From a bacterium (GTDB lineage Bacteria; Patescibacteriota; Minisyncoccia; Phycocordibacterales; Phycocordibacteraceae), in contig JAKBHL010000011.1 of NCBI GenBank assembly GCA_021836725.1, positions 18,210-82,209 of the forward strand: a stretch of DNA of 64,000 nucleotides, given 5' to 3'. Positions 34,916-45,202 of this stretch are shown piece after piece (the first letter of the stretch is position 1; every line of letters begins with the position of its first letter). The notes beneath the pieces were generated by a model. It ran no database searches. It was given only the letters and a program-made list of their open reading frames with translations, and was not told where the DNA came from. The position numbers and the translations under genes were made by a program.

Positions 34916-36063
34916 AGTTCGAGCGCCTCGATGCCGACGAGCGTTCCTTTTGCGAGGAAGTCGAGCATGGCGCCGCCGCCGGTCGAGACGAAAGAGAAAT
35001 GCGGCAAGAGCCCGAGGTTCTCAATAGAGGCGACCGTATCGCCTCCGCCGACGACCGAATGCGCGCCGGAGGCGGCGATGGCGCGCGCGAGAGCGTCCGT
35101 CGCATCGATGAATCCGTTCTCGTAATTCCCGAGCGGGCCGTTCCAGAGGATGTTTTTCATTTTCCGCGTGAGAGCGGCGAGGAGCGCGCTCGTCGCCGGC
35201 CCGTGATCGAGTATGATCTCGTCCTTCGCCACCTGCTCCACGGGCACTACCCGCGCCTCCGCCCGCGCATTGAGAGTATCGAGCGCATCCGCGTGTATGA
35301 CGAGCGCGTCGACCGGAATGACGAGTTTCGGATTGGCGAGCAGCTCCTTCACCCGAGCCGGATCGGCATCCGAGGCGAGCGACTTCCCCACTTCTTTTCC
35401 CGCCGCCTTCAGAAAATCATTTGCGAGCGCGCCGCCGACAAAAACATGATCGTAGCTCGCAAGGAGCGCCGTCAACACCGCTTCTTTTGTCTTGAATTTC
35501 GCCCCGCCGATAACCGCGAATGCGGGATGCGCGGGATGCAGCGCCCCGCGAAGCGCCACGGTCTCCTCTTCAAGCAGGAGCCCCGCGTAGGCGGGCAGGA
35601 ATTTCGGCACGCCGATTATCGATGCGTGCGCCCGATGGCAGGTATCGAACGAGTCCTCGACGAAAACATCGGCGAGCGCCGCGAGCTCTCTCGAAAACGC
35701 GGGATCGTTCGCCTGCTCTCCCGCATTGCGGCGCAGATTCTCGAGCACGAGTATGTCGCCGGGCGCCATAGCGCGAATCGCTTCGCGCGCACCGGCGCCG
35801 ATCGTCTCCGAACAAAACGAGACTCCCCGTATGAGTGTCGCAAGCGCGCGCGCAACGGGCGCGAGCGTCTCGGTTCCTTTGTTTCCAATGTGGCTTATGA
35901 GTATGACTTTTGCTCCCCGCTCGGTGAGGAAGCGAACCGTCGACAACGCGCGGCGGAGGCGATAGTCGTTCACCACATGATCATTTTCAACAGGTACGTT
36001 GAGCGCTGAGCGTACCAGTATCGGGATATTTTCGAATGCGGGGATAGAGCGGACGGAACGCAT
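34900..36063 (-). CDS. pgk: phosphoglycerate kinase
   Basis: ...RVDFNVP-like N-terminus (ALNVPVEND), ...GGGASLE-like..., 387 aa. Confidence 0.9.
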   Translation of the reverse strand: MRSVRSIPAFENIPILVRSALNVPVENDHVVNDYRLRRALSTVRFLTERGAKVILISHIGNKGTETLAPVARALATLIRGVSFCSETIGAGAREAIRAMAPGDILVLENLRRNAGEQANDPAFSRELAALADVFVEDSFDTCHRAHASIIGVPKFLPAYAGLLLEEETVALRGALHPAHPAFAVIGGAKFKTKEAVLTALLASYDHVFVGGALANDFLKAAGKEVGKSLASDADPARVKELLANPKLVIPVDALVIHADALDTLNARAEARVVPVEQVAKDEIILDHGPATSALLAALTRKMKNILWNGPLGNYENGFIDATDALARAIAASGAHSVVGGGDTVASIENLGLLPHFSFVSTGGGAMLDFLAKGTLVGIEALELYTSA

Positions 36064-36065
36064 AC

Positions 36066-36809
36066 CTAAGCAAGATTTTTTACCAGTGCTCCGAATGCGT
36101 GCACGTCGACCGAGGCATGTCCGATGAGGAAACCGTCAATGCCGGAATTCTCCGCGAGAGTGCGTACATTCTCCGGTTCGACCGAGCCGCCATAGAGAAC
36201 GAGAAAGCGTTCGCCGCGCTTCCCGGGCACAAGTTCCGCGAGGACCTTGCGAATGTACAGCACCATTTCCGCGAGGTCGTCGCTCGCTATGGCATCGGCG
36301 GCCGTTTTACCGATCGCCCATATCGGTTCGTAGGCAACAATCACTTTCCCGCGTTCCTTGGGCATGAGCGATTCGAGAGCGACAGTAAGCTCTTCCCGTA
36401 TAAAAGAGAGATAGCGTCCCTCACCGTCGCGCGCTCGCTCGCCGACGCAGAGGATAGGCACGAGGCCGTGCGAGAGAGAGAGCGCAAGCTTTTGGGCGAC
36501 GAGCGCATCCGTATCGCCCGCCGCCCGCCGCTCTGAGTGCCCGATGATGGCGTAGGTGGCACCGGCGCCTGCATATGCCGGCGCGGTCGCTTCGCCGGTC
36601 TGCGCGCCTCCGAGAGTAGCGGACACATCTTGCGCCGCAAAGGCGACCGCGGAGGTATTCCCCGCCGCAAGCGCCCCGAGAAATGGTGCGGGCGGCGCCA
36701 GTACGATGGTGCTGATGTTTCTTTTCGCGAGACTTTTGCTCGTCGCAAAAAGCTTCTTCGCTTTCGGCAGATCTTCAACGTACGCTTTCCAATTGGCGAC
36801 AATGAGCAT
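36066..36809 (-). CDS. tpiA: triosephosphate isomerase
   Basis: MLIVANWKAY... and ...IAYEPIWAIGTGKTA-like (YEPIWAIGKTAA). Confidence 0.9.
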   Translation of the reverse strand: MLIVANWKAYVEDLPKAKKLFATSKSLAKRNISTIVLAPPAPFLGALAAGNTSAVAFAAQDVSATLGGAQTGEATAPAYAGAGATYAIIGHSERRAAGDTDALVAQKLALSLSHGLVPILCVGERARDGEGRYLSFIREELTVALESLMPKERGKVIVAYEPIWAIGKTAADAIASDDLAEMVLYIRKVLAELVPGKRGERFLVLYGGSVEPENVRTLAENSGIDGFLIGHASVDVHAFGALVKNLA

Positions 36810-36844
36810 GTACAGAGTATAGCAGTACGCTCACGCTGCGGCGC

Positions 36845-38260
36845 TCACATCTGTTTCCAGTCCACAAACTGCCATTGCGTCGAGGTCGTGGGCGTGAAAG
36901 GCGGCGGGTTAGTCGAATTCTGCCTGTCGAACACCGACGTGCCGCCCGAATAGCCGGATATTCCGTTGGCGCACGAGCCACCCACGAGCCACGCGGTAAC
37001 AGGACGCAGCGTCGAAACGACGGTACCGAATTGGTTGAGATCCGATCGAGAGGCATACGGACTGCTGCAAGAATAAAAATTGCGCCCAAATACGCCTGAT
37101 TGCGCGACAAAGATACCGTCCATAGTGAGATTTGTAGGCGTGTTCGGACCGATGAGGAGATCGTGTGACGCGATAGCAGTGAGGCCGGCGGAACCGTCGA
37201 AAGCGGTATAGGTGATGTTGTTCGGCACCACGATGTTTGGATAGACGCCTTGATCGGTGACGTCGGCGGCGACTACCGTCACTTTCGAGGAAATAGATCC
37301 CTCAATCCAGGCATTGTCCTCGATAAAGATGACTCCGCACTGCGAAGGGATCGTGTAGGTACCAAGCGTTGTTTCGCTTGAAATGAGCGAGTAGTCGTTT
37401 ACAAACCAATTTGCGGAGCCATCAGCCGGATAGGAATACAGATTCTGATCCACCGCAGTCACCTGCTTCACGGTTACGGTGCCATCGCCGTTGAAAATGA
37501 GGTGATAACCAAGATTTGGATTGTTGTTCGTTGAAACGCGCGGGAAATAGAGGCCGGAAGTCTGGGCTATCGTTTTTAGAGAGGAGAAACTTGAAGCGAT
37601 AGCAGCGAAATCGACTTGCGGCGTCGGATAATTCCAGAAATCCTGGTTCGTTCCGTTGCCGAAAACGCCCGGAACGGTCTGACCGGGATTACAGCCGAAA
37701 GAATAGTCGCAGTACCATGAGGAGAGCGACGAAGTGACAGGAGCGTTGGGAGATCCGTCCATGCGAAGACCGCCATTGCTGTGCACCGGTCCGTAAATCG
37801 GTCCGGCCCCGAACCACGTGCTCGCATTGAGAACCATATTGTAACGGGCGACGGAAGGTTCCGCGTAGCGCGCCCAGAGCGTCGTTGAGACGCCGGGCGC
37901 ATCGCTCGGCACGCCGGTACTCGTGACGTCAATCGACTGCACAACGTTGCAGGCGACATTGCCCGTTATGGAGAGCGAGTACGTTCCCGCCGTGCCGCCC
38001 TGCGGGTCGGCATACGAAGTCACGTATGGGCCGGCGTGGCCGGTACCGTCCTGCGTATTACCGGGGAAATGCGAAAGGAACCAGCGATAGTATTCGAGGC
38101 CGGCGTCGGCGATGCTGAAGCCCTCCGCGCGCGCGCGGGTAATATCCTGCGCGTGATTTTGAGCCAGAACGAAGCCGGAAAGCGCGGCGAGCACCGTAAA
38201 AAATATGCCGCCGAAAATGAGCACGAGGAGAACGATTGAACCGCGCAGTCGATTTTTCAT
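36845..38260 (-). CDS. pilus-associated large secreted/anchored protein
   Basis: N-terminal TM (SIVLLVLIFGGIFFTVLAALSGFVLA), 471 aa, first gene of the pilus operon. The body is rich in N/T/S/G repeats. Confidence 0.55.
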   Translation of the reverse strand: MKNRLRGSIVLLVLIFGGIFFTVLAALSGFVLAQNHAQDITRARAEGFSIADAGLEYYRWFLSHFPGNTQDGTGHAGPYVTSYADPQGGTAGTYSLSITGNVACNVVQSIDVTSTGVPSDAPGVSTTLWARYAEPSVARYNMVLNASTWFGAGPIYGPVHSNGGLRMDGSPNAPVTSSLSSWYCDYSFGCNPGQTVPGVFGNGTNQDFWNYPTPQVDFAAIASSFSSLKTIAQTSGLYFPRVSTNNNPNLGYHLIFNGDGTVTVKQVTAVDQNLYSYPADGSANWFVNDYSLISSETTLGTYTIPSQCGVIFIEDNAWIEGSISSKVTVVAADVTDQGVYPNIVVPNNITYTAFDGSAGLTAIASHDLLIGPNTPTNLTMDGIFVAQSGVFGRNFYSCSSPYASRSDLNQFGTVVSTLRPVTAWLVGGSCANGISGYSGGTSVFDRQNSTNPPPFTPTTSTQWQFVDWKQM

Positions 38261-38850
38261 AATTGGTTCTTGAGATTACGCAGCGTCGCGGCTCCGGAGA
38301 GTGTGAAGGCGACCGGTGCCCGGTTCACGTTCACGTCGACGACGACCGTCGTCTCAACCGATGCTATCTTCGAGATATTTATCGGTGCGGTGAGCTCGGC
38401 CCCGGTATCGTCGAAGTAGCGGAAGACGGGCGTTGCGGCGTCGTTGACGACCGAGGTCGCTATGGTCGTCGTCGCCGAAGGCGTGCCGGCGTACGAGGGC
38501 GGATTCCCCGCTGAGGATTGGACCACCCGGTACAACGTACCTTGCTGGAGCGTGTAGGTCACGCGTGCGATGGAAGGACTTGCACCATTTATGTTTGCGT
38601 AGAAGGTAATGGATGAAGTCGCGACACTCTCGATAGGGTACGATCCATCGTCCCCATAGGACGCCTCGCGCAGATATTTCATTGCATCCTCGACGCCGAG
38701 CCGCGCCTGTCCTACGGCGATGGATTGTTGAAGCGTATAGGCGTTTGTTTTGTAGAAATAAGCGAGGAGCGTGCCAAGCGTGACCATGATAAGCGCTGTC
38801 ATTGCTATGACGACTATGGTTTCTATCAAAGTGAAGCCGCGGTAGATCAT
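38257..38850 (-). CDS. type IV pilin-like protein (major pilin candidate)
   Basis: Prepilin class III leader MIYRGFTLIETIVVIAMTALIMV (G|FTLIE motif). Confidence 0.75.
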   Translation of the reverse strand: MIYRGFTLIETIVVIAMTALIMVTLGTLLAYFYKTNAYTLQQSIAVGQARLGVEDAMKYLREASYGDDGSYPIESVATSSITFYANINGASPSIARVTYTLQQGTLYRVVQSSAGNPPSYAGTPSATTTIATSVVNDAATPVFRYFDDTGAELTAPINISKIASVETTVVVDVNVNRAPVAFTLSGAATLRNLKNQL

Positions 38851-40550
38851 GGCAATGTTACGGTGGTCGTCGCGGTTTGCCCGGAAACATTTATTGCGGG
38901 AATCGTCGTTGTCGCGTATCCCGGGGCGGAAACCGTCGCTGCGTAGGTGCCGGCAGTAAGACCATTAAAGTAAGCGAGACCGCACGAAGAAGTCGGAATG
39001 GTCGCCGCATAGCCGCTTGTCGTGAGCACGACTTTGGCATCGCCGATGGAGCTGCTGGCGGTATTTTCGACCAAAATCGGAAGCGTATTAGTCGAGGGCA
39101 CTCCGACGATAAGCGCGGTACTCGTCGCTGAGGCGGGCGCGAGTTGATACGGCGCGCTCGGACAGCTTTCGATGAGCGACGTGCCGAGCGTGAGCGCATA
39201 GGCGTCCCATTCGAGCGATTCGGTTTTCTGCCCCGCGGCGCCTGTGGTGTCATTCACGACCGTTTTATAGATTGGGGTACTGCTCGCATCGGTACCGATG
39301 GTCTTGGTACCCGTCAGCGTGAAGGCAATATTTGGAAGCGGAAGCGGGCCGGAAGTGTGCGAGAGCGACCAATCGAGAAGCGACGGCGTCGTTGTCGTCG
39401 AGTTGCTCGTGAGCGAGGCGAGAAGCGTGAGCTCAGGATAGCTTGACGTGGCGATGCCGGTGAGCGACACCGGGAACGTTGAAAACCCGTCGCCATTGCC
39501 CGGGAGCACGGTATCGGGGAGCGGGTTGCCTGCGGCATCCGCGACACGGACGAGTACTGAGGTGCCGGAGGGAGTCGAGATATCCGCCGAGAGGATGCCC
39601 CAGCCATCAAGTCCGTTTGGCGCGATCGGTATCGAGAGTGCCGATCCGGCAAGCGACTGACTGGTAAGCACAAGCGCGCCGCCTGCAACCTGCGTGTTCG
39701 TCTCTCCGGAAAGATTGGACGCGTCGGCGAACGTATCGCTGAAGGCGGTCGTTGCCGCCGGCGAAAAGGTCGAGAGCGTGAGCGACGCAAGCAGATCAAT
39801 GGCGAATGTCGCGCTCGTCGTCTGGTCCAGCGTTACGGTGAGATAGCCCGGATTCGGGTTCACGTTCTGGCTCGTGCGCGCATAGGTCTGCGCGCTCGAA
39901 TACCCCGCACGCGATACATATACTTGATATTCCGAAGACGTGGCGGCGCCGCCGATGGTGACAAAGCCATCCGTGTTAGTGAATGTGGTGAAGTTGATCG
40001 TAGGGGAAGTCGAGGCATTGACGATTTGTACGCTCGCGCCACTTACCCCAACGCCGCCGGCATTCACAACGTGCAGGGAGAGCGTGCCGCCGCTCGTGTT
40101 TGATTCGATGCCCGGCGGCGCGAAGTTCGATACCAGTACGACCGATTTCGCGAGTCCGCCGATGGAGTACGAGACGGTCACTTCCCCTATTTTATAATCG
40201 GTCGTAATGCCGTTGGTATCGTTTGCTCCGAGCCCGTCGGCCGGATCGTCGTAGTATTCGATAAAGGTATGCGTCACATACGTCACGCCGTCGACCGTCG
40301 AGGTCGCCGTTTGGGGCACTGCTCCCGCCGGTATGCCGCCGACCGTGCCGATGGAATCGTAGGAAAGGCCGCGCAGGTATTCCATCTGCGTGCTCGCGAG
40401 CTCGACCGCGGCCGCCTTCGCCTTCGCGAAGGTCGAGAGCATGAGCGATGCCCGCAGAACGCCGAACAGCGAGAGAAACAAGATGAGCATGAGCGCGATG
40501 CCGACGATGACATCGATAAGGCCGAATCCTCGGTGCGCGCGCGTCATCAA
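38847..40550 (-). CDS. large pseudopilin-like protein
   Basis: N-terminal prepilin-like motif MMTRAHRGFGLIDVIVGIALMLILFL, then 567 aa of Thr/Ser/Gly-rich sequence. Confidence 0.65.
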   Translation of the reverse strand: MMTRAHRGFGLIDVIVGIALMLILFLSLFGVLRASLMLSTFAKAKAAAVELASTQMEYLRGLSYDSIGTVGGIPAGAVPQTATSTVDGVTYVTHTFIEYYDDPADGLGANDTNGITTDYKIGEVTVSYSIGGLAKSVVLVSNFAPPGIESNTSGGTLSLHVVNAGGVGVSGASVQIVNASTSPTINFTTFTNTDGFVTIGGAATSSEYQVYVSRAGYSSAQTYARTSQNVNPNPGYLTVTLDQTTSATFAIDLLASLTLSTFSPAATTAFSDTFADASNLSGETNTQVAGGALVLTSQSLAGSALSIPIAPNGLDGWGILSADISTPSGTSVLVRVADAAGNPLPDTVLPGNGDGFSTFPVSLTGIATSSYPELTLLASLTSNSTTTTPSLLDWSLSHTSGPLPLPNIAFTLTGTKTIGTDASSTPIYKTVVNDTTGAAGQKTESLEWDAYALTLGTSLIESCPSAPYQLAPASATSTALIVGVPSTNTLPILVENTASSSIGDAKVVLTTSGYAATIPTSSCGLAYFNGLTAGTYAATVSAPGYATTTIPAINVSGQTATTTVTLP

Positions 40551-41761
40551 AATGCCGATGAGAGCGAATAAATCGGCGCGATCATCGCGACGGCGAAAAT
40601 ACCGACAACGGTGCCGATAAGGAGCATAAGGACCGGCTCGATAATGGTCGACAGATCTTTGGTCTTCTCGCTGACATCGGCCTCGTAAAATTCAGCGATC
40701 TGTTTCAGCATCAGAGCGACCTTTCCAGTCTCCTCCCCCACAGAAAGCATCTCGCTCATCAAGATAGGATAGAGCTTTGTGTGTTCGGAGAAAGCAGTCG
40801 AAAGGAGTTCGCCTTTTTTGACGCGCGCTTCCGCTTCCGCCACTACGCGTGCGAAAACTTCCGCATGTACGACATCTTTCGTTATGGAAAGCGCGTCGAG
40901 CACCGGCACGCCGGAAGAGAGCAGTGACGAGAGCGTTCGCGCGGCGCGCGCCGTATAGGTTTCACGCACGAGTTCGGCTACAACCGGCAGGTGAAGCGCG
41001 AGAAAGATCACCGTCCTATTCCCCCGCCGCGAGCGCAGGAAAGCGCTACCGCCGACGACAAGCGCGACAAGCGCGCCGAGCACCAGCACGATGTTCCCCA
41101 CGAGGAAGTTCGACAGAGCGACTATGATGCGCGTGGCAAGCGGCACTTGCACCCCCAGTTCAGTGAAGGTTTTCGTCAAGGTCGGCACGACATAGATGAG
41201 CATGAGGATGCCGACGATGACGATCGCCGTGATGACGATCGCCGGATAGATCATCGCGCCGCGTATCTTGCCCACCAGCTGTTCCGAACGCTCCATCTGG
41301 AGAGCGACGACAGTGAGCGCGTCGGAGAGGGAGCCGGATTCTTCGCCCGCGCGCGCCATCGCGACGAATAATTCGGGGAACACATGGGGATACAGGGCCA
41401 ACGCTTCATGGAATGAAGAACCTTTTTTGACCGATTCCGAAAGCCCCGTCAAAATAGCTTTCAAGTTCTTATTCCCCGATTGCCGTTCGATAACCGAGAG
41501 CGCGCGCGAAAGGGAGAGACCGGCGGAAAGCATCGCGGAGAGGTTCTTCGCCACCCGGATTATTTCGGCATGCTTCACGCCGGTACCGAAGGAGATGGAA
41601 AACCATGACGGGAGTTTCAGTTTCCCTTCGCCTTCCGTAAGCTCGACGACGAATCCGCCATCTTTCTGCACTTGGTCGTATACCGCAAAACGTGACGGCG
41701 CTTCGATGACGCTTATCTGATCCGGAGCGCCCTCTTTTCGTATCGTTGCGCGGAATTTCAT
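40547..41761 (-). CDS. pilC: type IV pilus/T2SS platform protein PilC/GspF
   Basis: Two GspF-type repeats with conserved polytopic topology, 404 aa. It is translationally coupled to pilB. Confidence 0.85.
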   Translation of the reverse strand: MKFRATIRKEGAPDQISVIEAPSRFAVYDQVQKDGGFVVELTEGEGKLKLPSWFSISFGTGVKHAEIIRVAKNLSAMLSAGLSLSRALSVIERQSGNKNLKAILTGLSESVKKGSSFHEALALYPHVFPELFVAMARAGEESGSLSDALTVVALQMERSEQLVGKIRGAMIYPAIVITAIVIVGILMLIYVVPTLTKTFTELGVQVPLATRIIVALSNFLVGNIVLVLGALVALVVGGSAFLRSRRGNRTVIFLALHLPVVAELVRETYTARAARTLSSLLSSGVPVLDALSITKDVVHAEVFARVVAEAEARVKKGELLSTAFSEHTKLYPILMSEMLSVGEETGKVALMLKQIAEFYEADVSEKTKDLSTIIEPVLMLLIGTVVGIFAVAMIAPIYSLSSAF

Positions 41762-41762
41762 G

Positions 41763-43604
41763 TCATTCGCTTATGGCGCGCAGCACCTCTTCGAGACTCG
41801 TAATGCCGCGCGCGGCCTTGTAGAGCCCGTCCTCAAGCATGGTGAGCATGCCCTCCTTTTTTGCCTGCGCCTCGATGGCCTCGCTCGTGCTCGAATGAAG
41901 CATGATCTCCCGAATGGCGGACGAGACTGCGAGGACTTCATGAATGCCGATGCGGCTCTTGTACCCCTCTTCGCATTCAGGCGAGGCGACCGGCCGATAG
42001 AAAGAGAGGTCGTCAAGGCGGGTGTTCTCCTTCACGAGCTTTTCATCGCGGAGCGTCTTGAGCGCGACATCGAATTCCGCTTCGCTCGCGATCTTCGCGC
42101 GCATGGCCTTATCGACCGCATACGTTTCCTTGCTCTCGCAGAGTTTCCGCACAAGCCGCTGGCCGACGATGACGCGGATGGTAGAGACGAGGAGAAACGG
42201 TTCGACGCCCATATCGATGAGCCGCGGGATGGCGCCCGCGGCGCTGTTGGTGTGGATGGTCGAGAGCACCAAGTGGCCGGTTAAGGCGGCATTGATCGCG
42301 AGCGAGGCCGTTTCGCCGTCGCGGATCTCGCCGATCATGATGATATTCGGGTCCTGGCGCACGAGCGCCCGCAACCCGTTCGCGAAAGTGAACCCTATCT
42401 GCGGATTCACCTGCGTCTGATTGACCCGCTTCATCTGGTATTCAATCGGATCCTCGATAGTCGAGATGTTCACATCCGGCTTGTTGAGGATATCAAGCAT
42501 GGTGTAGAGCGTCGTCGTCTTCCCCGAGCCGGTCGGTCCCGAAATAAGGATGATGCCGGTCGTCTGCTTGAGCGCATGGTGTATGCGTTCCATATTCTCG
42601 CCGTGGAGCCCGAGCACCTCGAGCGTGAACCCCTCGCCTGTTTCGCGCAAAAGACGCATCACGATTTTCTCGCCGAAGAATGTAGGCAGTATCGAAACGC
42701 GGAACGAAACCCTGTCGGCCTCGGTTTCCATTTTGAAACGGCCGTCCTGAGGGAGACGCTTTTCATCGAGCTTCAGATTCGAAAGAACTTTGATGCGCGC
42801 CGCGATGCCCGCGGCGGCGACTTTTGGCAGCGTCATGGCGTCGTGGAGGATGCCGTCGATTCGATAACGGACGAGCACCTCGTCTTCCATCGGCTCGATA
42901 TGCACATCGGAGGCGCTTTGCACGATAGCGTGCCGCAGCAACGTATCGACGATGCGCACGATAGGCAAGTCCTCAGCCATCTTTTTGAGATCGTCGCTCG
43001 AAAGGTCCTTGTCGTTTTCTGCAACAACGCGGATTTTTTCCGTTTCGGTCGAGATGATGTCTCCGAACTCGTCCTTCAGCGACTTCTGGTATTCCAACAG
43101 CGCGTGCTTGATGCTCTCGGTATCGGTGAGACGCGGGAGTATCTTGAGACCCGTTTTCTTGCGCATTGCCTCGATTGAAGCGAGATCATCGACGTCGAGC
43201 ATCGCGACTTCAAGCTCGTTCCCCTCTTTTTTGAAGGCGATGATATTGTGCGTGCGCGCGATCGGTTCCGGGATAAGCGCGAGAATTTCCACGGGAATGC
43301 GATGATCTTTCAAATTTACGAAAGGTATGCCGAGCACATACGCTTGGATGCGCCGCAGAGCGTCCTCGGTGAGAGATCCTCGTGCGACGAGCAAGTTGCC
43401 GACCGACTGTCCCCGCTTCTTCGCTTCCTCGGCGGCGGCATCGACTTCCTTCTTGGCGACAAGGCCGGAGTCGGTGATGAATTCCTTCAGCTCTCCTTCC
43501 GAAACGTGCATGATACTTGAAAGTATAGCGTGCATTGCCGCCGCCCGGGCGCGTATTTCACAGAGCATTGACTCGGAGGGGCGTATCTGGTATCGTATGA
43601 GCAT
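41763..43604 (-). CDS. pilB: type IV pilus assembly ATPase PilB/GspE
   Basis: Walker A ILISGPTGSGKTTTLY, Asp/His boxes, and a GspE-N domain. The start may be an internal Met. Confidence 0.9.
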   Translation of the reverse strand: MLIRYQIRPSESMLCEIRARAAAMHAILSSIMHVSEGELKEFITDSGLVAKKEVDAAAEEAKKRGQSVGNLLVARGSLTEDALRRIQAYVLGIPFVNLKDHRIPVEILALIPEPIARTHNIIAFKKEGNELEVAMLDVDDLASIEAMRKKTGLKILPRLTDTESIKHALLEYQKSLKDEFGDIISTETEKIRVVAENDKDLSSDDLKKMAEDLPIVRIVDTLLRHAIVQSASDVHIEPMEDEVLVRYRIDGILHDAMTLPKVAAAGIAARIKVLSNLKLDEKRLPQDGRFKMETEADRVSFRVSILPTFFGEKIVMRLLRETGEGFTLEVLGLHGENMERIHHALKQTTGIILISGPTGSGKTTTLYTMLDILNKPDVNISTIEDPIEYQMKRVNQTQVNPQIGFTFANGLRALVRQDPNIIMIGEIRDGETASLAINAALTGHLVLSTIHTNSAAGAIPRLIDMGVEPFLLVSTIRVIVGQRLVRKLCESKETYAVDKAMRAKIASEAEFDVALKTLRDEKLVKENTRLDDLSFYRPVASPECEEGYKSRIGIHEVLAVSSAIREIMLHSSTSEAIEAQAKKEGMLTMLEDGLYKAARGITSLEEVLRAISE

Positions 43605-43669
43605 CTGAGATGTCCGTGCGCGGACATTTTTGTTAGAGTGGGAACATTAGCTAGACATACATATTCCAT

Positions 43670-45019
43670 ATGATTGATTTGAAAACCATCAATGCAGTGC
43701 TCGGGGAGTTCGAGGATCGCGGCATCGGCCGCGCGACGATGATCGATGCTATCGAAAGCGCCATGGCGACCGCCTACAAGCGCGAGTACGGCAAGCGCGG
43801 ACAAGTCGTACGGGCAAAACTTGATCTCGATACGGGCACGGTCTCTTTCGAACAGGTGAAAACCGTCGTGGATGACACCACAGCGCGCTTCCCGACCGAA
43901 GGCGAAGAGCACGAAAAACACGCGCATGGATTCTATCCGGAAGAGGAGCAGCTTGCCGAGGGCGAATTGCCACGTTTTGATCCCGAGAAGCACATACTGC
44001 TCGCCGATGCGAAACGCATGAAGCGCGGCGCCGCTTTAGGCGAGGAAATCGTATTCCCGCTTGAATCGCAGGACGACTTCGGCCGCATCGCGGCGCAGAC
44101 CGCAAAACAGGTGGTCATCCAGAAGGTGCGCGAGGCCGAAAAGCTTTCAATGATGGAGGAGTTCGGCGAAAAGAAGGGCAAGATCGTCAGCGGTATCGTG
44201 CAGCGCATGGAGCGCGGCGCGATTTTCGTCGATCTCGGGCGTACGACCGGCATCATTCCCTACGAAGAGCAGATCCCGGGCGAGCGCTACCGCATGGGCG
44301 AACGCATTCGCGCATACCTTTACGCGGTTGACGAAGGTTTCCGCGGCGTGTATCTTCGGCTCTCGCGCGCACATCCGAAATTCGTCGTAAAACTTTTCGA
44401 ACTCGAAGCGCCGGAACTCGCGGCGGGATCAATCGAAGTAAAAGCGCTTGCACGCGAGCCGGGCAGCCGCACCAAGATCGCGCTCGTGTCCCTCGACCCG
44501 CACGTGGATCCGGTGGGTTCCCTGGTCGGACAACGGGGCGTACGCGTCTCGACCGTGATGAGCGAGCTCGGCGGCGAGCGCATCGATATCATCGAATGGA
44601 GCGAGGACGCGAAGGAATTCGTGAAAGAGTCGCTCTCGCCCGCAACGCCGATCGATGTCGTGCTCGACGAGGCCGCGCATCGCGCGACAGTCACCGTCTC
44701 CGGCGACGAGCAGTCGCTTGCCATCGGCCGCGGCGGCCAGAACGTCCGTTTGGCGGCGAAGCTCACCGGCTGGAATATCGATATCGTGTCGATAGACGGC
44801 AATGAGATTGCCGAATCCGACGGCGAATCGGCGGCGATCGCCACGGAGGATCCCGCCGAAGCGGCAGGGGTTATGCCGACCGAAAGCGCGGAGGTCATCG
44901 CCGACGCGCCGGCGGAGAAGACCGAGCTCCCCGCCGAGGAAGAATTGACCGAGCTCCCCGCTTCAGACGAAACTATCGCTGACAAGGAGGAGGATCGCGA
45001 TACGGCGAAAGATGATTAG
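43670..45019 (+). CDS. nusA: transcription termination/antitermination factor NusA
   Basis: N-terminal domain, S1 domain (KIVSGIVQRMERGAIFVDLG), two KH domains, and an acidic C-terminal tail. Confidence 0.9.
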   Translation: MIDLKTINAVLGEFEDRGIGRATMIDAIESAMATAYKREYGKRGQVVRAKLDLDTGTVSFEQVKTVVDDTTARFPTEGEEHEKHAHGFYPEEEQLAEGELPRFDPEKHILLADAKRMKRGAALGEEIVFPLESQDDFGRIAAQTAKQVVIQKVREAEKLSMMEEFGEKKGKIVSGIVQRMERGAIFVDLGRTTGIIPYEEQIPGERYRMGERIRAYLYAVDEGFRGVYLRLSRAHPKFVVKLFELEAPELAAGSIEVKALAREPGSRTKIALVSLDPHVDPVGSLVGQRGVRVSTVMSELGGERIDIIEWSEDAKEFVKESLSPATPIDVVLDEAAHRATVTVSGDEQSLAIGRGGQNVRLAAKLTGWNIDIVSIDGNEIAESDGESAAIATEDPAEAAGVMPTESAEVIADAPAEKTELPAEEELTELPASDETIADKEEDRDTAKDD

Positions 45020-45020
45020 A

Positions 45021-45170
45021 ACTCATTTCAAACTCCCCGCTCGGGTATGCGGCAGAAAGGAGTACGCCGTCTTTTTGTGCTCAAAAAGCGGCTCGTACTC
45101 GCGTCGTCACGCTCCGTAAGCCTCTTTCTGCCGCATACCTCTCGCGGAGATATGGGGTTTTGAAATGAGT
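45021..45170 (-). mobile_element. MITE-like palindromic repeat, copy C
   Basis: Terminal inverted repeats actcatttcaaactcccc / ggggttttgaaatgagt and a core about 95% identical to copy B. Confidence 0.7.
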
Positions 45171-45202
45171 TCCAGTACGTTTATAAGGTATACTTGATTC
45201 AT

